Of a stretch of 64,000 bases of DNA, positions 1 to 12,014 are shown one piece after another. The DNA is taken from assembly GCF_001194135.2 (NCBI RefSeq), contig NC_068990.1:1094002-1158001 (forward strand), in the 5' to 3' direction. The DNA is from Octopus bimaculoides. Its lineage: Eukaryota. The notes under the pieces are model-generated. The model was not told the origin of the DNA. It saw only the letters and a list, made by a program, of their open reading frames with translations, and did not search any database. The position numbers were made by a program, and so were the translations under genes. Numbering within the stretch: position 1 is the stretch's first letter; every line of letters starts with the position of its first letter.

Positions 1-300
1 TCCGCTTTCCATGCTAGCATGGGTTGGACGATTTGACTGAGGACTGGTGAAACCGGATGGCAACACCAGGCTCCAGTCTGATTTGGCAGAGTTTCTACAG
101 CTGGATGCCCTTCCTAACGCCAACCACTCAGAGAGTGTAGTGGGTGCTTTTACGTGTCACCCGCACGAAAACGGCCACGCTCGAAATGGTGTCTTTTATG
201 TGCCACCCGCACAAGCCAGTCCAGGGGCACTGGCAACGATCTCGCTCGAAAATCCTACAGGAGCCAGTCAGGCGGTACTGGCAACGGCCACGCTCAAAAT
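1..300 (-). mobile_element. 5'-truncated RTE LINE 3' tail
   Basis: Reverse complement of the 3' UTR at 35200-35570 (ctggatgcccttcctaacgccaaccact motif plus internal repeats). Confidence 0.8.
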
Positions 301-302
301 GG

Positions 303-342
<40 letters not shown>

Positions 343-821
343 AGAAAGTGTGTGTGTGTATGTGTGCATGTATTTCTATATAAGTTTGTTTGTTCTGATT
401 TATTTCACAGGTGAAATTGTCAATGAAAGAATGGACATTGTGTCGGACAGAATGACAAACATTCTTATTTTTTATTTTTACATTAATTAATTAATGTAGT
501 TGTTTTGTTTTATCTTTTAGACGTTTTTTGTATTTGGGATGGTTTCAACAAAAGAAAAGGAACAACAACAACAACAACAAACACGAACAAATGTAAAAGA
601 CAACCACAACAACAGGTAGAGTCAGGTTCAGATGTCTTTTAAAGAAACCAATTTCTTTCTGTTTCCTTCCCCACCCCAAGAGAATTTCAAATTCTAAAAA
701 TGAAAACATAATTGATGACTTGACAGAAAATGTTCGAACAACATTGTGTCTTATACACTCAGGTTAAATAACTCAAACTTTATAAAACCATCTATTATTA
801 TTATTATTATTATTATTAGCA

Positions 822-1100
822 CTACAAACAAAATGTCTCACTGGAAAATGGGATTCTAGCAGCTACTACTAGGCCAGCAAAGTTACTAACATTGTCGACT
901 GACTTTCCTAATTCTTTAATGAAGTAGACATGATTACTAGCCATGGAATAATGGACTTTTGAACAAAAGTTATGTAGCTTATTCAAAGTTTTTAAAACCA
1001 ATTTCACCGGAATCTATAATCCATTGAACCAAAATGACATTCTGTAGCTTTATTATAAACTAGTTTTGTTTAGCCAGTCAGCTTTGCTGAAGGTTTTTGC
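822..1100 (-). repeat. Unclassified interspersed repeat remnant with coding-like frame (KLVLKTLNKLHNFCSKVHYSM...)
   Basis: Short stop-bounded ORF between (ATT)n tracts with no splice sites. Probably TE-derived; family not identified. Confidence 0.3.
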
Positions 1101-1129
1101 TAGTGTTTGTAGGAACAACAACAATTATT

Positions 1130-1352
1130 ATTATTATTACTATTATTATTTTGTCTTTGCACAGCTTCTAATGCTGGAGATGTCCTATGGCGTCAGCTGT
1201 TCACTACCAGAGAACTAAGGTAACACCCCTTATTATTATTATTATTACTATTATTATTTTGTCTTTGCACAGCTTCTAATGCTGGAGATGTCCTTTGGCG
1301 TCAGCTGTTCACTACCAGTGAACTAAGGTAACACCCCTTATTATTATTATTA
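1130..1352. repeat. Tandem duplication of a ~110 bp unit bounded by (ATT)n
   Basis: ttttgtctttgcacagcttctaatgctggagatgtcc...aactaaggtaacaccccttatt occurs twice with about 2 substitutions. Confidence 0.9.
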
Positions 1353-1719
1353 TTACCTCTGCCTTATTGAAGGCAGACGTATTGTTTTCAGTCATGTTCA
1401 TTTGTTTGTCTGTGGACAAGATATCTCAGAACTACTGGATGGATTCGGATGAAACTTTCAGGGATGTTTGGCCTCGTCACTAGCACAAACTGATTAGATT
1501 TTGGGATCGATCCGGCATGGGACAAGGATTCTGGATTATTTTTCCTGTTCTTTTTTACTTAATGTTTGGGAGTGGTCAGGTTCATTTTTAGTATTCTCGT
1601 TTGTGAGAGCAGTCGAGTTTATTTCAGATATTCTCATTTTAAAGATCATCTCTGGCTAATCGTTGAGAGGGCATTGGTGTTGCCTTGGCAGAAGTTTGAG
1701 CTCTCTGAGTGCTCTTGTT
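1353..1719 (+). mobile_element. DINE-1/HINE-like non-autonomous rolling-circle element
   Basis: Starts ttacctctgcc...aaggcag (hairpin), has tttgtttgtctgt repeats and ends gagtgctcttgtt. Two homologous copies lie at 58540-59215 on the other strand. The family label is inferred. Confidence 0.55.
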
Positions 1720-1744
1720 ATTATTATTATTATTATCAGTATAA

Positions 1745-1950
1745 AATGCTAAGCTGGCAGAATTGTCAGAACGTCAGAAGAAATGTTTTACATCATTTCT
1801 TCTGGTTCATTATGTTTCCAGTTCAAATTCCGCCGATGTCAACTTTGCCTTTCATCTTTCAGGGTTGATAAATAAAGTACTAGTTGAACACTGGGGTTGA
1901 TGCAATTTGACTTACACCTCCCCTAAATTGTTGGTCTTAGACCAAAATTT
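1745..1950 (+). mobile_element. SINE type B (agctggcagaat...gttcaaatt...ctttcatcct)
   Basis: tRNA-like A/B boxes; the same sequence recurs more than 10 times in the window. Confidence 0.75.
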
Positions 1951-1989
1951 GAAGCCATTATTATTGTGTGAGAGAGCAGCGCATGCCAT

Positions 1990-2330
1990 CAAAGAGACAC
2001 TGGGACACAAATATACAAAGCCCAATATACCCATCATCACTACCTGTCTGATAATGGTACACCTGGAACATACATCACAACCATGTGTGCATGACATGGT
2101 GATCTCATATCAAGATAAACAGCAGATGACCTTGCATGTGGGGCCCAGTTAGAATTTTCTTCAGGTCAAGTAGCTCTTCATGCTCAAAAGGTCGCCGAAT
2201 AAGGTTTATTTAAGAATGATGAACAAAACACCCATGTTCCCAGGGGTGAATTATTCAAACCATAAAGAATTCCTTTCGACACATGGCTATGATGCTCTCT
2301 CACTACTCTTGCTCGTGATCAGAGATGTAC
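1990..2330. repeat. Unclassified interspersed repeat
   Basis: GC-balanced block between SINEs ending at (CAT)n/(TAT)n. Resembles a repeat I recall from octopus DNA; single copy here. Confidence 0.35.
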
Positions 2331-2364
2331 ATCATCATCATTATTATTATTATTATTATTATTG

Positions 2365-2635
2365 AGGTGGCAGAATCATCAGCATGCTGGACCAAATGCT
2401 TATTGGCATTTTGTCTAACACTCTTAGCTCAAATTCCATCGAGATTAACTTTGCCTTTCACCCTTTTGGGGTTGATAAATTAAGTACCAGTGAAGCACTT
2501 GGGTTGATGTAATTGACTAGATCCTTCCACCAAATTTCAGGCTTTGTGCCTTCAAGTAGAAAGGATTATTAAAGGCGGTGAGCTGGCAGAATCGTTAGTA
2601 CACCAAAGAAATGCTTAGCAGTTATACACCTCAGA
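2365..2635 (+). mobile_element. SINE type B copy plus a second truncated head
   Basis: Homology to the other type B copies. Confidence 0.75.
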
Positions 2636-3166
2636 AGAGTTGCCTTATTTGTTCACAGTCCAGTGAACACTAAGGAACTAAAGCAGTGGTTAGCAGCAAC
2701 ACAAGACATGTAGCTTCTATTTGTTTTTTTTTTTCTTAGCTACAAGTCTTGGAGGGCCACCAAAGTTTAGGAGCAGTAACTTTAATCCACAGAACAAAGA
2801 AAAAAAGAGATCCTAGTTAATTGATGACAATCGAAAGAGCATCAAGCAAAATGCTTTGTTACCACAAGGTTACATCTCTATGCTCTAAGTTCAAATCTCA
2901 CCAAAGTCAATAAAGTAAGTAGCAGACACAGTACTGGAAAAGGGATTAATATAAGCAACTAAAACCTCAAAGTCAAAGCTGTAGCATGGGCATAGTTCAA
3001 GGACTGAAGAGAGCAGAAGGAAGAATAAAAGAATCTGAGAATGAGAAAATGGATGTTAAACTGAAAGAAAAAAAAAGGCAAAGTAAAGAAATTCATTAAT
3101 AAATTATTTCATTGATTCTTTTTTTGTTTTTTTTTACTGCTTCTTTGTAACGTTCCAAATACTTAC

Positions 3167-3335
3167 GATTCTGCCAGTATTCCTTTCGTTCCTGGAACTT
3201 CTGTTTTTTGGTTTTCTGTGATTGGTTTTTTGAATTTTTAAAAGATTTGTTGGAATTTTTGATAACTGCATCAAATACATTTGCATTCAAACCAGCAAAG
3301 ATGTTGCTCTCCATGATAACTGGTCCTGCATCAGC
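3167..3335 (-). CDS. SLX9: Second coding exon of SLX9/FAM207A-like protein (ADAGPVIMESNIFAG...KTKKQKFQERKEYWQN)
   Basis: ttgtttgttacag|GCT acceptor (phase 0, matches the upstream exon) and a perfect C|gtaagt donor after 3167 (phase 1). The xNIFA motif and KKxKxxxRxExW match recalled FAM207A NTNIFA and KKEKMKLRREQW. No next exon found inside the window. Confidence 0.72.
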
Positions 3336-3599
3336 CTGTAACAAACAACAAATAGTGTTGATGTAACTCACACATACACAGAAACCCAAGCAGAATACAC
3401 ATCTGGTTTCCCCCATCCCTGTCATCCATTAACAATGAGAAAGAGTTGCATTAAGATTTGACTGGTACTTTTTGTAAATGAATAGACTAGAACAGTATAG
3501 AACAGAATCCACAACTTATCGTCTAATCCAGGAATCGAACCCTCCATTTTAGGTTTGTGAACCCAATACATTATACACTAGGCCATGAGCCTTCTATGC

Positions 3600-3639
<40 letters not shown>

Positions 3640-4077
3640 TGTGTGTGTGTGTGTGTGTGTGAGTGAGATCTTGTTTTAATATTGATTGTTTGGGCCTAGG
3701 AGAGATGTGACCTTGCTTGGAAACAGGTGAGAGTTGGCGAGACAGGAAGTGTATCTGATCATAGAAAATCTGTTTCATCGCTGTCAAACAAGTGTATGTT
3801 AAATGATAGCACACATACATATTTTATATATATACACACACACACATACATGTATGTATAAGTTTCATGGGCACAGAACATGAAACCTTAAACAATAAGA
3901 ATCAACCTGTTCTCAAACAGCAACTAAATATGGTGAGTGCTACTAGCTTTTACTTGTTCACACACTCATGCATGTACACACATACATGCTATCAACTATG
4001 TTTATTTATATCACACAGATAGTAGATAGACATACAAACAGACAGACAAATAGACATACATACATACAGACAGACAA

Positions 4078-4110
<33 letters not shown>

Positions 4111-4502
4111 GGTATGGTTGACTGGTCAAGTAGTTCACTTTACAATCATGAGGTGCAAGGTTCAACTCTTCTGCATTACACTACATAGAAGTATCTTTGG
4201 ATAAAAACCAAACAAAGCTTTGTAAATGGAAGAAACTAAGTAGATGGAAACTACATAGAAGCCTGTAAGCTTATTCCAGTAAATTAAAAGGACCAACCTT
4301 ATCATATATGGAACCACACTAATACTGCTTGAAGATTATGTTAGAGGTACAAGAGTGCAAGACCCAGTGAAATACTCATCCACCCACAGGATAATTCAAG
4401 GTGGTTCCTTTGTTTGAACAAGCAGAATAGTCATTATCAAAACTGATCCACTTACTTTTATATGTATATACATGTGTATATGCATACACACATTATACAT
4501 CA

Positions 4503-4534
<32 letters not shown>

Positions 4535-4684
4535 ACACACACATACAGTGTGAAATATAAAGTAACAGTATAAAACTTCATTGTTCTTTTTTTCCTTTCA
4601 TTCTTTCATTTCCAACTCGTATTGTAGTGGCTTTCTGAATCACAGTTAATTATTTCACAATGATTCAATTAAACTAAACTACTC

Positions 4685-4725
<41 letters not shown>

Positions 4726-4879
4726 CACATACATACACACACATTTATGTATGTATGTATACAGAGGAAAAGGTGGAGTACAGGATACAATACCCTACAA
4801 AATCAATTTATTATTGATTAATAAATGAGCTGCTTGTGTGAAATCTGCATCTCTTAACCTTTATCACTGTCTATTTCTC

Positions 4880-5500
4880 ATCTCATGTACCCCTTACCTC
4901 CCATGGTGTCTACTCTTGTCTCACACTGTCTCCCCTTACACAAAGTATTTCAAAACCCTACACTGCATAACCCTGTCACTCACAAAACGCTATACTTAGT
5001 AATATCTCCCTCACTATCTACCCCCCTCCCTTCATCTCCCACACTATCTACCCACCATAATTTCCCATGCTATCTACCCTGTCTCCCACAATATATCTCA
5101 TTCTCACATTACCTACCTGTCTCTATCCCCTACATTACCCACCCACAGTTTACCTCCATTTCCCATCCTATCTACCCTGTCTACAAGACTATCAACCCTT
5201 ATCTCTCCTCCTCTCTCCCAGACTATCTACTACTCCATCTCCTATGCTATCTTCCCCTCTTCCATCTCCCATGCAATCTGCCCCTATATCCCACATTATC
5301 TACCCCTATTTCTCATGCTATTTACCCTGTCTCTCTCACTATCAACACTTATCTCCACTCCTCTCTCCCAAACCATTTACCCCTATCCCTCCCTCCCACA
5401 ATGTCTACCCCATCTCTCTTCCACTCTCCCTTACTATCTACCCCTATTACTCACATCTCCTCCACTATATACCCTAATCTGTCATTATCTACAACAACTT
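4880..5500. repeat. Degenerate C/T-rich minisatellite (ctatctaccc-like motif)
   Basis: The plus strand is nearly devoid of G, with recurring tatctaccc/atctccc motifs. Confidence 0.75.
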
Positions 5501-8399
5501 TTCATACAATATAACCCTATGTGGTTTGCTTTCTACAGCTTTGGTTAATTCTGTTATTTTTCTTTTTCCTTGTCATTCCAATGTCATATTTGAAATTTCA
5601 CTTTAAAATATTACAGAAATGTTACTTTTCTGTATTTTTTTTTACTCTCTCTTCCTTTTCTGAAGACTTTCATTTACTTTGAAGTGCAGATTCTTCAATA
5701 CAATACAATTAATGTGATGTGAATCAAGTTCATAACAGGGACACATTGTAATGTATATGGAATTTACTTTAACTTTTACTTGTATGTATCATCTATAATT
5801 AACAAAACAGAAGTTTGTAAATGACACACAGATACACAGACATAGGAACACATATATGTGCAGAAATATGGAAATATGTATCTATGTATGAAAAGGGTAT
5901 GCACCCGCATATGCAGATTCATACATATAGATACATACTCACACATGCTTACACATATTTATACACATTTATATATAATTGTACATATACACATGCATAC
6001 ACATATATACTTATACACACACACACATACATATATATAAGCATTTATCCATGTACGTATGTATATCCACTAATGTTATCTTTAATCACACTGATGTCTT
6101 TTTAGACACAAAGACAACAAACAGGGCAGGCAGTGCTGACAGGCACCATAATTTAGCATGGATTTCATTGTGGGAAGAGAAAGAATCTATGTGGTTAACG
6201 AATCAGCTAGAAATAATAGCCAAGTCCCCACCCTAAAGTCACACCGAACCATTTTAAAATAAAGAAGGCCAGATGTAGCTAGATATTCCCAAAAAGATAG
6301 GCTGGACAGTTGGAATAATTTGATCATAGATGTATGTTGGCCATGTTTAACATGGGGTTAAAAACAACGACAGGTTTTTGTAGTGAATGTAAGTATAATA
6401 CCATTTAACCTTGATACACAAAGGGTAAAAGGAAAAGATTCTGTTAAAATGCAAGCAGAGACAGAGCTTTTGAGCATGTGTATGACGGTCATGTCAACAA
6501 ATGTAAAACGTGTTAGATTATAAATAACAGATGTTATAAAAAGAACAGAGAAAGTAAAACATTAACATTTACACCATAATGAGCACTACTTTGGGAAAAA
6601 AACTGTTCATGTTATACTAGAGATAACTTAGAGTCATAATTTCAAATAGAATTTTAGAATTATGGCAAATAAATGTAAAATTTTATAGACATTGTGCCTC
6701 TACATAACATTTTCATGTCTATATTTCTCTATATGAGTTTAAGGTTGATGTAGTTAGAGCAATAGTATTTAAATTCCGATACCTTTGCTGCTAAAAAACT
6801 TGCTCAACCTTAGAAGAGTGAAAGCTATTTTTGTTGTAGCGATTCAGCCTGGGGCCAAAATTGTTTTTTTTTTTTGTTTTTTAATGGTTTAGTCAAAGGT
6901 GGAAGGATAGTGGGCATGACCCTTTGCAAGGCCCCCGAGGAAGCTATTCTCAGACTGCAGTTTTGGCCTAAATGCTTGCAACAGAAAGTGAAAGACAAAG
7001 TGCAAGTGTTTGTGATGAGAAATTCCTTTCCTTTTATTTTTTGGTGGGTGGGGAGGGAGACCCTTTACAGGTCTTCCAACACTGGTAGAGGGAAGGAGTA
7101 GTTAAGGCTCAAGCGCTTACAACAGAGTGAGCTCTGCCAAAGGAAATCAAGGTGCAGATGGTGGTATTAAACCAGGGAATGGATTAAGTCTCCTCTCCAT
7201 CACTCTTCTAACTATGGAATTATTCAGCCACTTCAAATACATGAGAGCAGACCTGCATATATATTCCAAACACATTTGTTCTACCAGCCATCTCTGTCTC
7301 CATGGAACCAGTTCTTTTGGACATCTATCCTTCAATTTTAATATCATCCTTTCTCACTATATTTTCCGCCAATCACTCTTTCTCTGCCACCAATTCTCTC
7401 TTGCGTTCCACTGAACTACATCTTATGACTGGCATACCTTTCCCTTCAAACCCTCTTGTATTTGCCATTATTCTTAACGACTTCTCAGATCTGTCATAAA
7501 TGGCACAATTGCTCTTCACTTCCCTTTACTTTACACTCACCTCATCCATGTCATCTACCTCTGACTTTCATTTCTATCTGTCTCACTCCCCACACATGCA
7601 CACTCATCCTTTACTCACCCCACAAACTGTCCCCCTATTTCTCACACCTATCTACACTTTTATCAATCATACTGTGGCTCTGTACTACTACTTACTTCCT
7701 CATTCTTGATCCATTCCTCTTCATTTCACCACATTGCATTTTGGTTGTGTTTATTTATATTCCAGATCCCTCCTCAACACAACTCCAGATCACCCAGTAG
7801 GAAGAAACTTCACACCCTGGATGGTTGCAAAGTTTACTGAAAACTTACACCTGATGGCTTCCCATTCTCAAAGGTTTTTCTTTATTTTAATAAAGAAATC
7901 GTTCACTTATCAAAGTTCAGGCTTAAGTGCAAGTAACATGCCTGTTAGTGTTTCTTGTCAACATTTCCCAACGAACTTCAGATAATCTAACATAAAATTG
8001 CAGCTGGCCGTTTGTGAATCTATTATTCACTCTGCACCTAATAGCAGTGTCTAGCTGTCCAATATTTTTTCTGAGTCTGCAGACACTAGTCTGGAGAAAG
8101 CTAATCCATTTCAGCTGTTTCTTCTCACTGCGATTGATTTTTGCTACTCCAAACTGTTGGGGAATGGTCATCACAGCACAATATAACAATATTCACTGTC
8201 CAAAAGTTGAGATTTTCAATCTCAACTAATTGTTCTTTAGCTATTTGGTCCATTGCAGATAACATTAGGTCAGCAGGTTTTCTCTCGATCTGTGTGGTTA
8301 ATGTTCTCTTATGCGATTCTATGACAGTTAAGCATTGCTTGAATTTAGTTGTTTGTCTTCTTCTCACATTGTTTCTATTTCTTCATCATCAGAATCATC

Positions 8400-8690
8400 A
8401 TTGTCATTATTTAACATCCATTTCTATGCTGGTATGGGTTGGATGGCATGACAGGAACCAGCAAGGTGAAGGGCCACACCAAGTTCCATAGTTTTTTTCT
8501 TGGCTTGCTTTCTACAATTGAGTGCCATTCCTAATGCCAGCCAGTTTACAGAGTGTACTGGGTGCTTTTTTCATGGCACCATCACTAATGCTTTTTTATG
8601 TGGCACCAACATCAGTGTTTTTACAGGCAACTAGCACCCACGCCAATGCTTTTTATGTGGCATATTGCTTTTAGGATCTCAATTCTGTTT
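8400..8690 (-). mobile_element. RTE LINE 3' tail inserted in the R4 remnant
   Basis: Homology to 35300-35570. Confidence 0.75.
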
Positions 8691-9019
8691 GTTCATAATT
8701 TGTCATTGCTCACTCTTATATAATGGCAGCATGTTCATCTCAGTTTTATTGTTATTGCAATGGCCATAATCCATATGAGTGAGTTCTTTGCAGGAGAAGA
8801 ATCCACTCATCTGGTCCAGTTCTTATCTGCTGTGTGATTCTGATGGCTGTGGGGATAACAGTTAATTTTTGCTCAATGATGCTTGCCTGTTGCTGTAGTC
8901 ATTCTACAATGAATTTTGAATAGTTGGGGTCATTTAGATCCCAGCAGTTCCTCTCATCCTTTTAATGTAGCCTATTGAGAGATCTTTTTCCCTTTTTCCC
9001 TTTTTTCTTTTTTTCTTTT

Positions 9020-9400
9020 TCAGTCAGTCTACAGCCAAGCTGGAGCACCACCTTGAAGAAATTTTAATTGAATGAATTGACCCCAGTACTTATTTTCCTT
9101 TTAAGGCCTGGTACTTATTCTATCAATCTCTTTTGCTGAACTGCTAAGTTATGGTGACATAAACATGCAAACACCAGTTCTCAAGCAGTAGAGGAGGATA
9201 AACAGTCACAAAGACACACACACACACACATGTATATACAAAACAGGCTTCTTTCAGTTTCCGTCTACCAGATCCACTCACAAGGCTTTGGTTGGCCCGA
9301 GACTATAGTAGAAGACACTCGTCCAAAGAGCCATGTAGTGGGACTGTACCTGGAACCTTGTGGTCGATATGCAAACTTATTACCACGTAGACACACTTGT
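9020..9400 (-). mobile_element. SINE type A, near full length, inserted in the R4 remnant
   Basis: Reverse complement of the 53086-53500 copy. Confidence 0.85.
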
Positions 9401-9674
9401 GCCTATCTTTCTTAGGCTTTTTGTAGAAATGATACAGGTCTTGATTCAATTCGAAGGTCCACTGAAATTTCTCAATGATAGCTCTATGACATGTGAAGTT
9501 AACCACAGACTCCAGTCTAGGCATGGCATATATAGCAGTAATTCCAATGTGTAGAGTTCCAGTTAATTTCCCTACTTGATTACTGATAAGATCATCCATA
9601 AAAAAAGAAAAAAGCTTCTTTACACAAAGAAGATAACCAATTTTTTATCAGGTTTGTATCAATGGCAAGATGAA

Positions 9675-9880
9675 TGTGCACAAGTGTGGCTGTGTGGTAG
9701 GAAATCTGCTTCCCAACCACATGATTCCAGGTTCAGAACCTTGGGCAAATGTTTTCTATAACCTTGGGCCGACCAAAGCCTTGTGAATGTATTTGGTAGA
9801 TAAAAAAAACTGAAAAGATGCCTTTGTATATGTGTCTATTTGTGTTTGTCCCCCACCACTGCTTGACAACCAGGAGAGGT
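9675..9880 (+). mobile_element. SINE type A, partial
   Basis: gtggctgtgtggtaggaaatctgcttcccaaccacatg head and ttggtagata...ctgaaa body. Confidence 0.8.
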
Positions 9881-10419
9881 ATGTCACATCACATAAACTG
9901 TGATGTGAGGTAACAAGAATAATTTCATCAAGAAATGAGTATTTTCAGTCTTCAGGCCCTGGATCTGAAAGATAACCACTTTCTTACCTTAGCAAAAAAG
10001 AATTTAATCAAAAATTTATTTTCAATTGGGAGCCAATGAGACATTTTGCATAAAAATGTGATGCGACATGACATAGGAATTGGCTATTAATCATACTTTG
10101 TAACTTCATTTGGCTAAGAGCAAACTATCAGAAATTTCTAAATAGTTTCACTGAGTTGCAGACAAATAACATTAAGAAGCAATTTTTTTTCTCCATCTAG
10201 ATTTCTTAAAAATCTCTCCATAAATATGGCAATAATTTGTAGGATAGTGCAGCCTATAAATGCTGCCATGTTTTAGTTTGGTCACTACTATGACTTGGTT
10301 TGGAAAATTTTTGAAAAACTCCACAACTATTTAAAACATGAGGGATAGATTTTTCTCAAAACATTAAGTTTTGTTATCTCTAGTTCAAACTTTAAAATTT
10401 CACTTCATGGTTGATGTAA

Positions 10420-10560
10420 GCAGAGAATTGCCAATAATGGCTGTTACACAGTTTCCGTTCACTAAACTCACTGACAAAGATATGGTTTGCCTGGAGGATA
10501 ATAGAAGACACTTGCCCAAAGTGTTGCATTTGCGAAGCAAACTTCTTAACCATTCCATCG
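10420..10560 (-). mobile_element. Degenerate SINE type A-like head
   Basis: ggttaagaagtttgctt...gggcaagtgtcttcta...acggaaactg on the minus strand. Confidence 0.7.
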
Positions 10561-10639
10561 TTCCAGTGCGTAAGCCATGCTTGCAAACATGCAGACAAAT
10601 AAACACTTTACTCCAAAATCAAAAAGAAAATCTGATTAC

Positions 10640-10732
10640 CTTTTCTGTTTCAGAATTTGTGTCTGCAGGATTACTGTCCGACTTAACTGCTGAGTTATGA
10701 AAACGCCATCGTTTGCACCCAATTTTGCCCAT
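10640..10732 (-). CDS. SLX9: First coding exon of SLX9/FAM207A-like ribosome biogenesis protein (MGKIGCKRWRFHNSAVKSDSNPADTNSETEK)
   Basis: Pyrimidine tract and tttcctgtag acceptor before 10740, ATG at 10732, AAG|gtaatc donor after 10640 (phase 0). The N-terminus resembles the FAM207A start MGKVRGLRARVHQAAV as I recall it. Confidence 0.7.
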
Positions 10733-11783
10733 TTTTAGATCTACAGGAAAGAAATAAACAAATAAAAAGATTTTGCAAGAAGAAATTGTAAAAAGCTGTG
10801 TGTGTGTGCATGTGTGTGTATGCATGCTTATATGAATATATATATATATATCTATGTTTCTGTATATGTGCTAGTATCTCTCTACAGACACAGACACACT
10901 ATATCTATATCTATAAATTCTTAGATCAAGTAATCTATGAAACAAGCATTGAGGCTACAAACTGTTTAAGTAGTCATATTTCTTATTCATTCCCTTGAGC
11001 CACATTGAAAAATAGTTGCCTACTGAGGTCGTATTTTATTCATATCATGTAGAGGCTGTCTGACACATGACTTCTGTCAGACCAGTTTATAACTCTCATT
11101 TTCTTAAAAAACAAAAAACAAAAAAAAACCCCCAGAAAATTGCATATATACACACATAACATTTTATCATTATTGTCATCCTCATGATTATCACCACCAC
11201 CACCACCATTTCTATTATTGCAGCAACCGCCATTATTATTATTATCATTAATATTAAGAAAATGCAAATACACCACGAAACTATCCATTTAAGCAGTCTT
11301 TCAAATTGCTAAATTGACTACTCGGAATTCCATCGCATGAAGTTTTTCTATAGCTCTAGATAAAGATCTGAAACAAAATTTATATCATTAACTTTCTTTA
11401 TCAAATAGTCAGTATTCACAAGTCAAAAGAGAAAACATTATCCAAGAAATTGCACAGATACTTTTACCAATACTTTTCAATACAACGAAGCTAGCTTCAG
11501 ATCAATAACAGCCTACTCTTATTTTCAATTCCAAAAATAATTTTAGGTTCATTATATATTGACTTTCTCGCTAAAGAAACATTATTACTAATGCTATGGG
11601 AACGATGGACAAAACGCTTTCTGGTGTTTGGTTAAACCACTAAGTTCTGAGTTCAAATTCCCATGAAGATCAACGAAATGTATGTGTGTATGAAAGAGGA
11701 GTGTTGATAACATCAAGTACCAGTCAAATACTGAGGTCAATACAATTGACTATACTCTCCATCATGTTCATAGTTACCATCAT

Positions 11784-12014
11784 TTAAACTCTTTAGCATT
11801 TATATTACTCTGACAAATGTAATGCTTGCTTATTCACATTGTTTTATATTAATCATATATTATCTAATAAATTCGATATTTTGAGGATGTAATCGTTTCT
11901 TTTCAGAATGACATTGTAAGATAGGTGTGAGAGGTAAGGTCTGGGCAATTTGAAAATTATAATGTGTAAAATATTTGGAATGGATATGGCTGGTTTTAAA
12001 AGCTAAAGGGTTAA
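11784..12014. mobile_element. piggyBac-like MITE, family 1
   Basis: TTAA at both ends, imperfect TIR ctttagc/gctaaaggg; homologous to 13323-13497. Confidence 0.65.

Larger units (their letters stand above)
7800..9600 (-). mobile_element. R4/Dong-type non-LTR retrotransposon N-terminal remnant, split by two later insertions
   Basis: Translated pieces KFQWTFELNQDLYHFYKKPKKD, LSIGYIKRM and WISFLQTSVCRLRKNIGQLD resemble the R4/Dong N-terminal motifs (KWTxELNxDLY..GYMKRM; WxxRLxxxIxxLRKDL). Frameshifted. Confidence 0.6.

Noticed and set aside
4885-5514. 209-aa and overlapping Pro/Leu/Ser-rich ORFs
   Set aside because: They result from a G-poor low-complexity tract that lacks stop codons; no splice or homology support.
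6870-7500. Coding-like GC-balanced sequence
   Set aside because: Probably LINE-derived, but I could not assign a frame, strand or family with confidence.
10392-10606. Two protein-looking minus-strand ORFs next to the SLX9 exon
   Set aside because: The DNA is a decayed SINE type A head (gggcaagtgtcttcta, acggaaactg).
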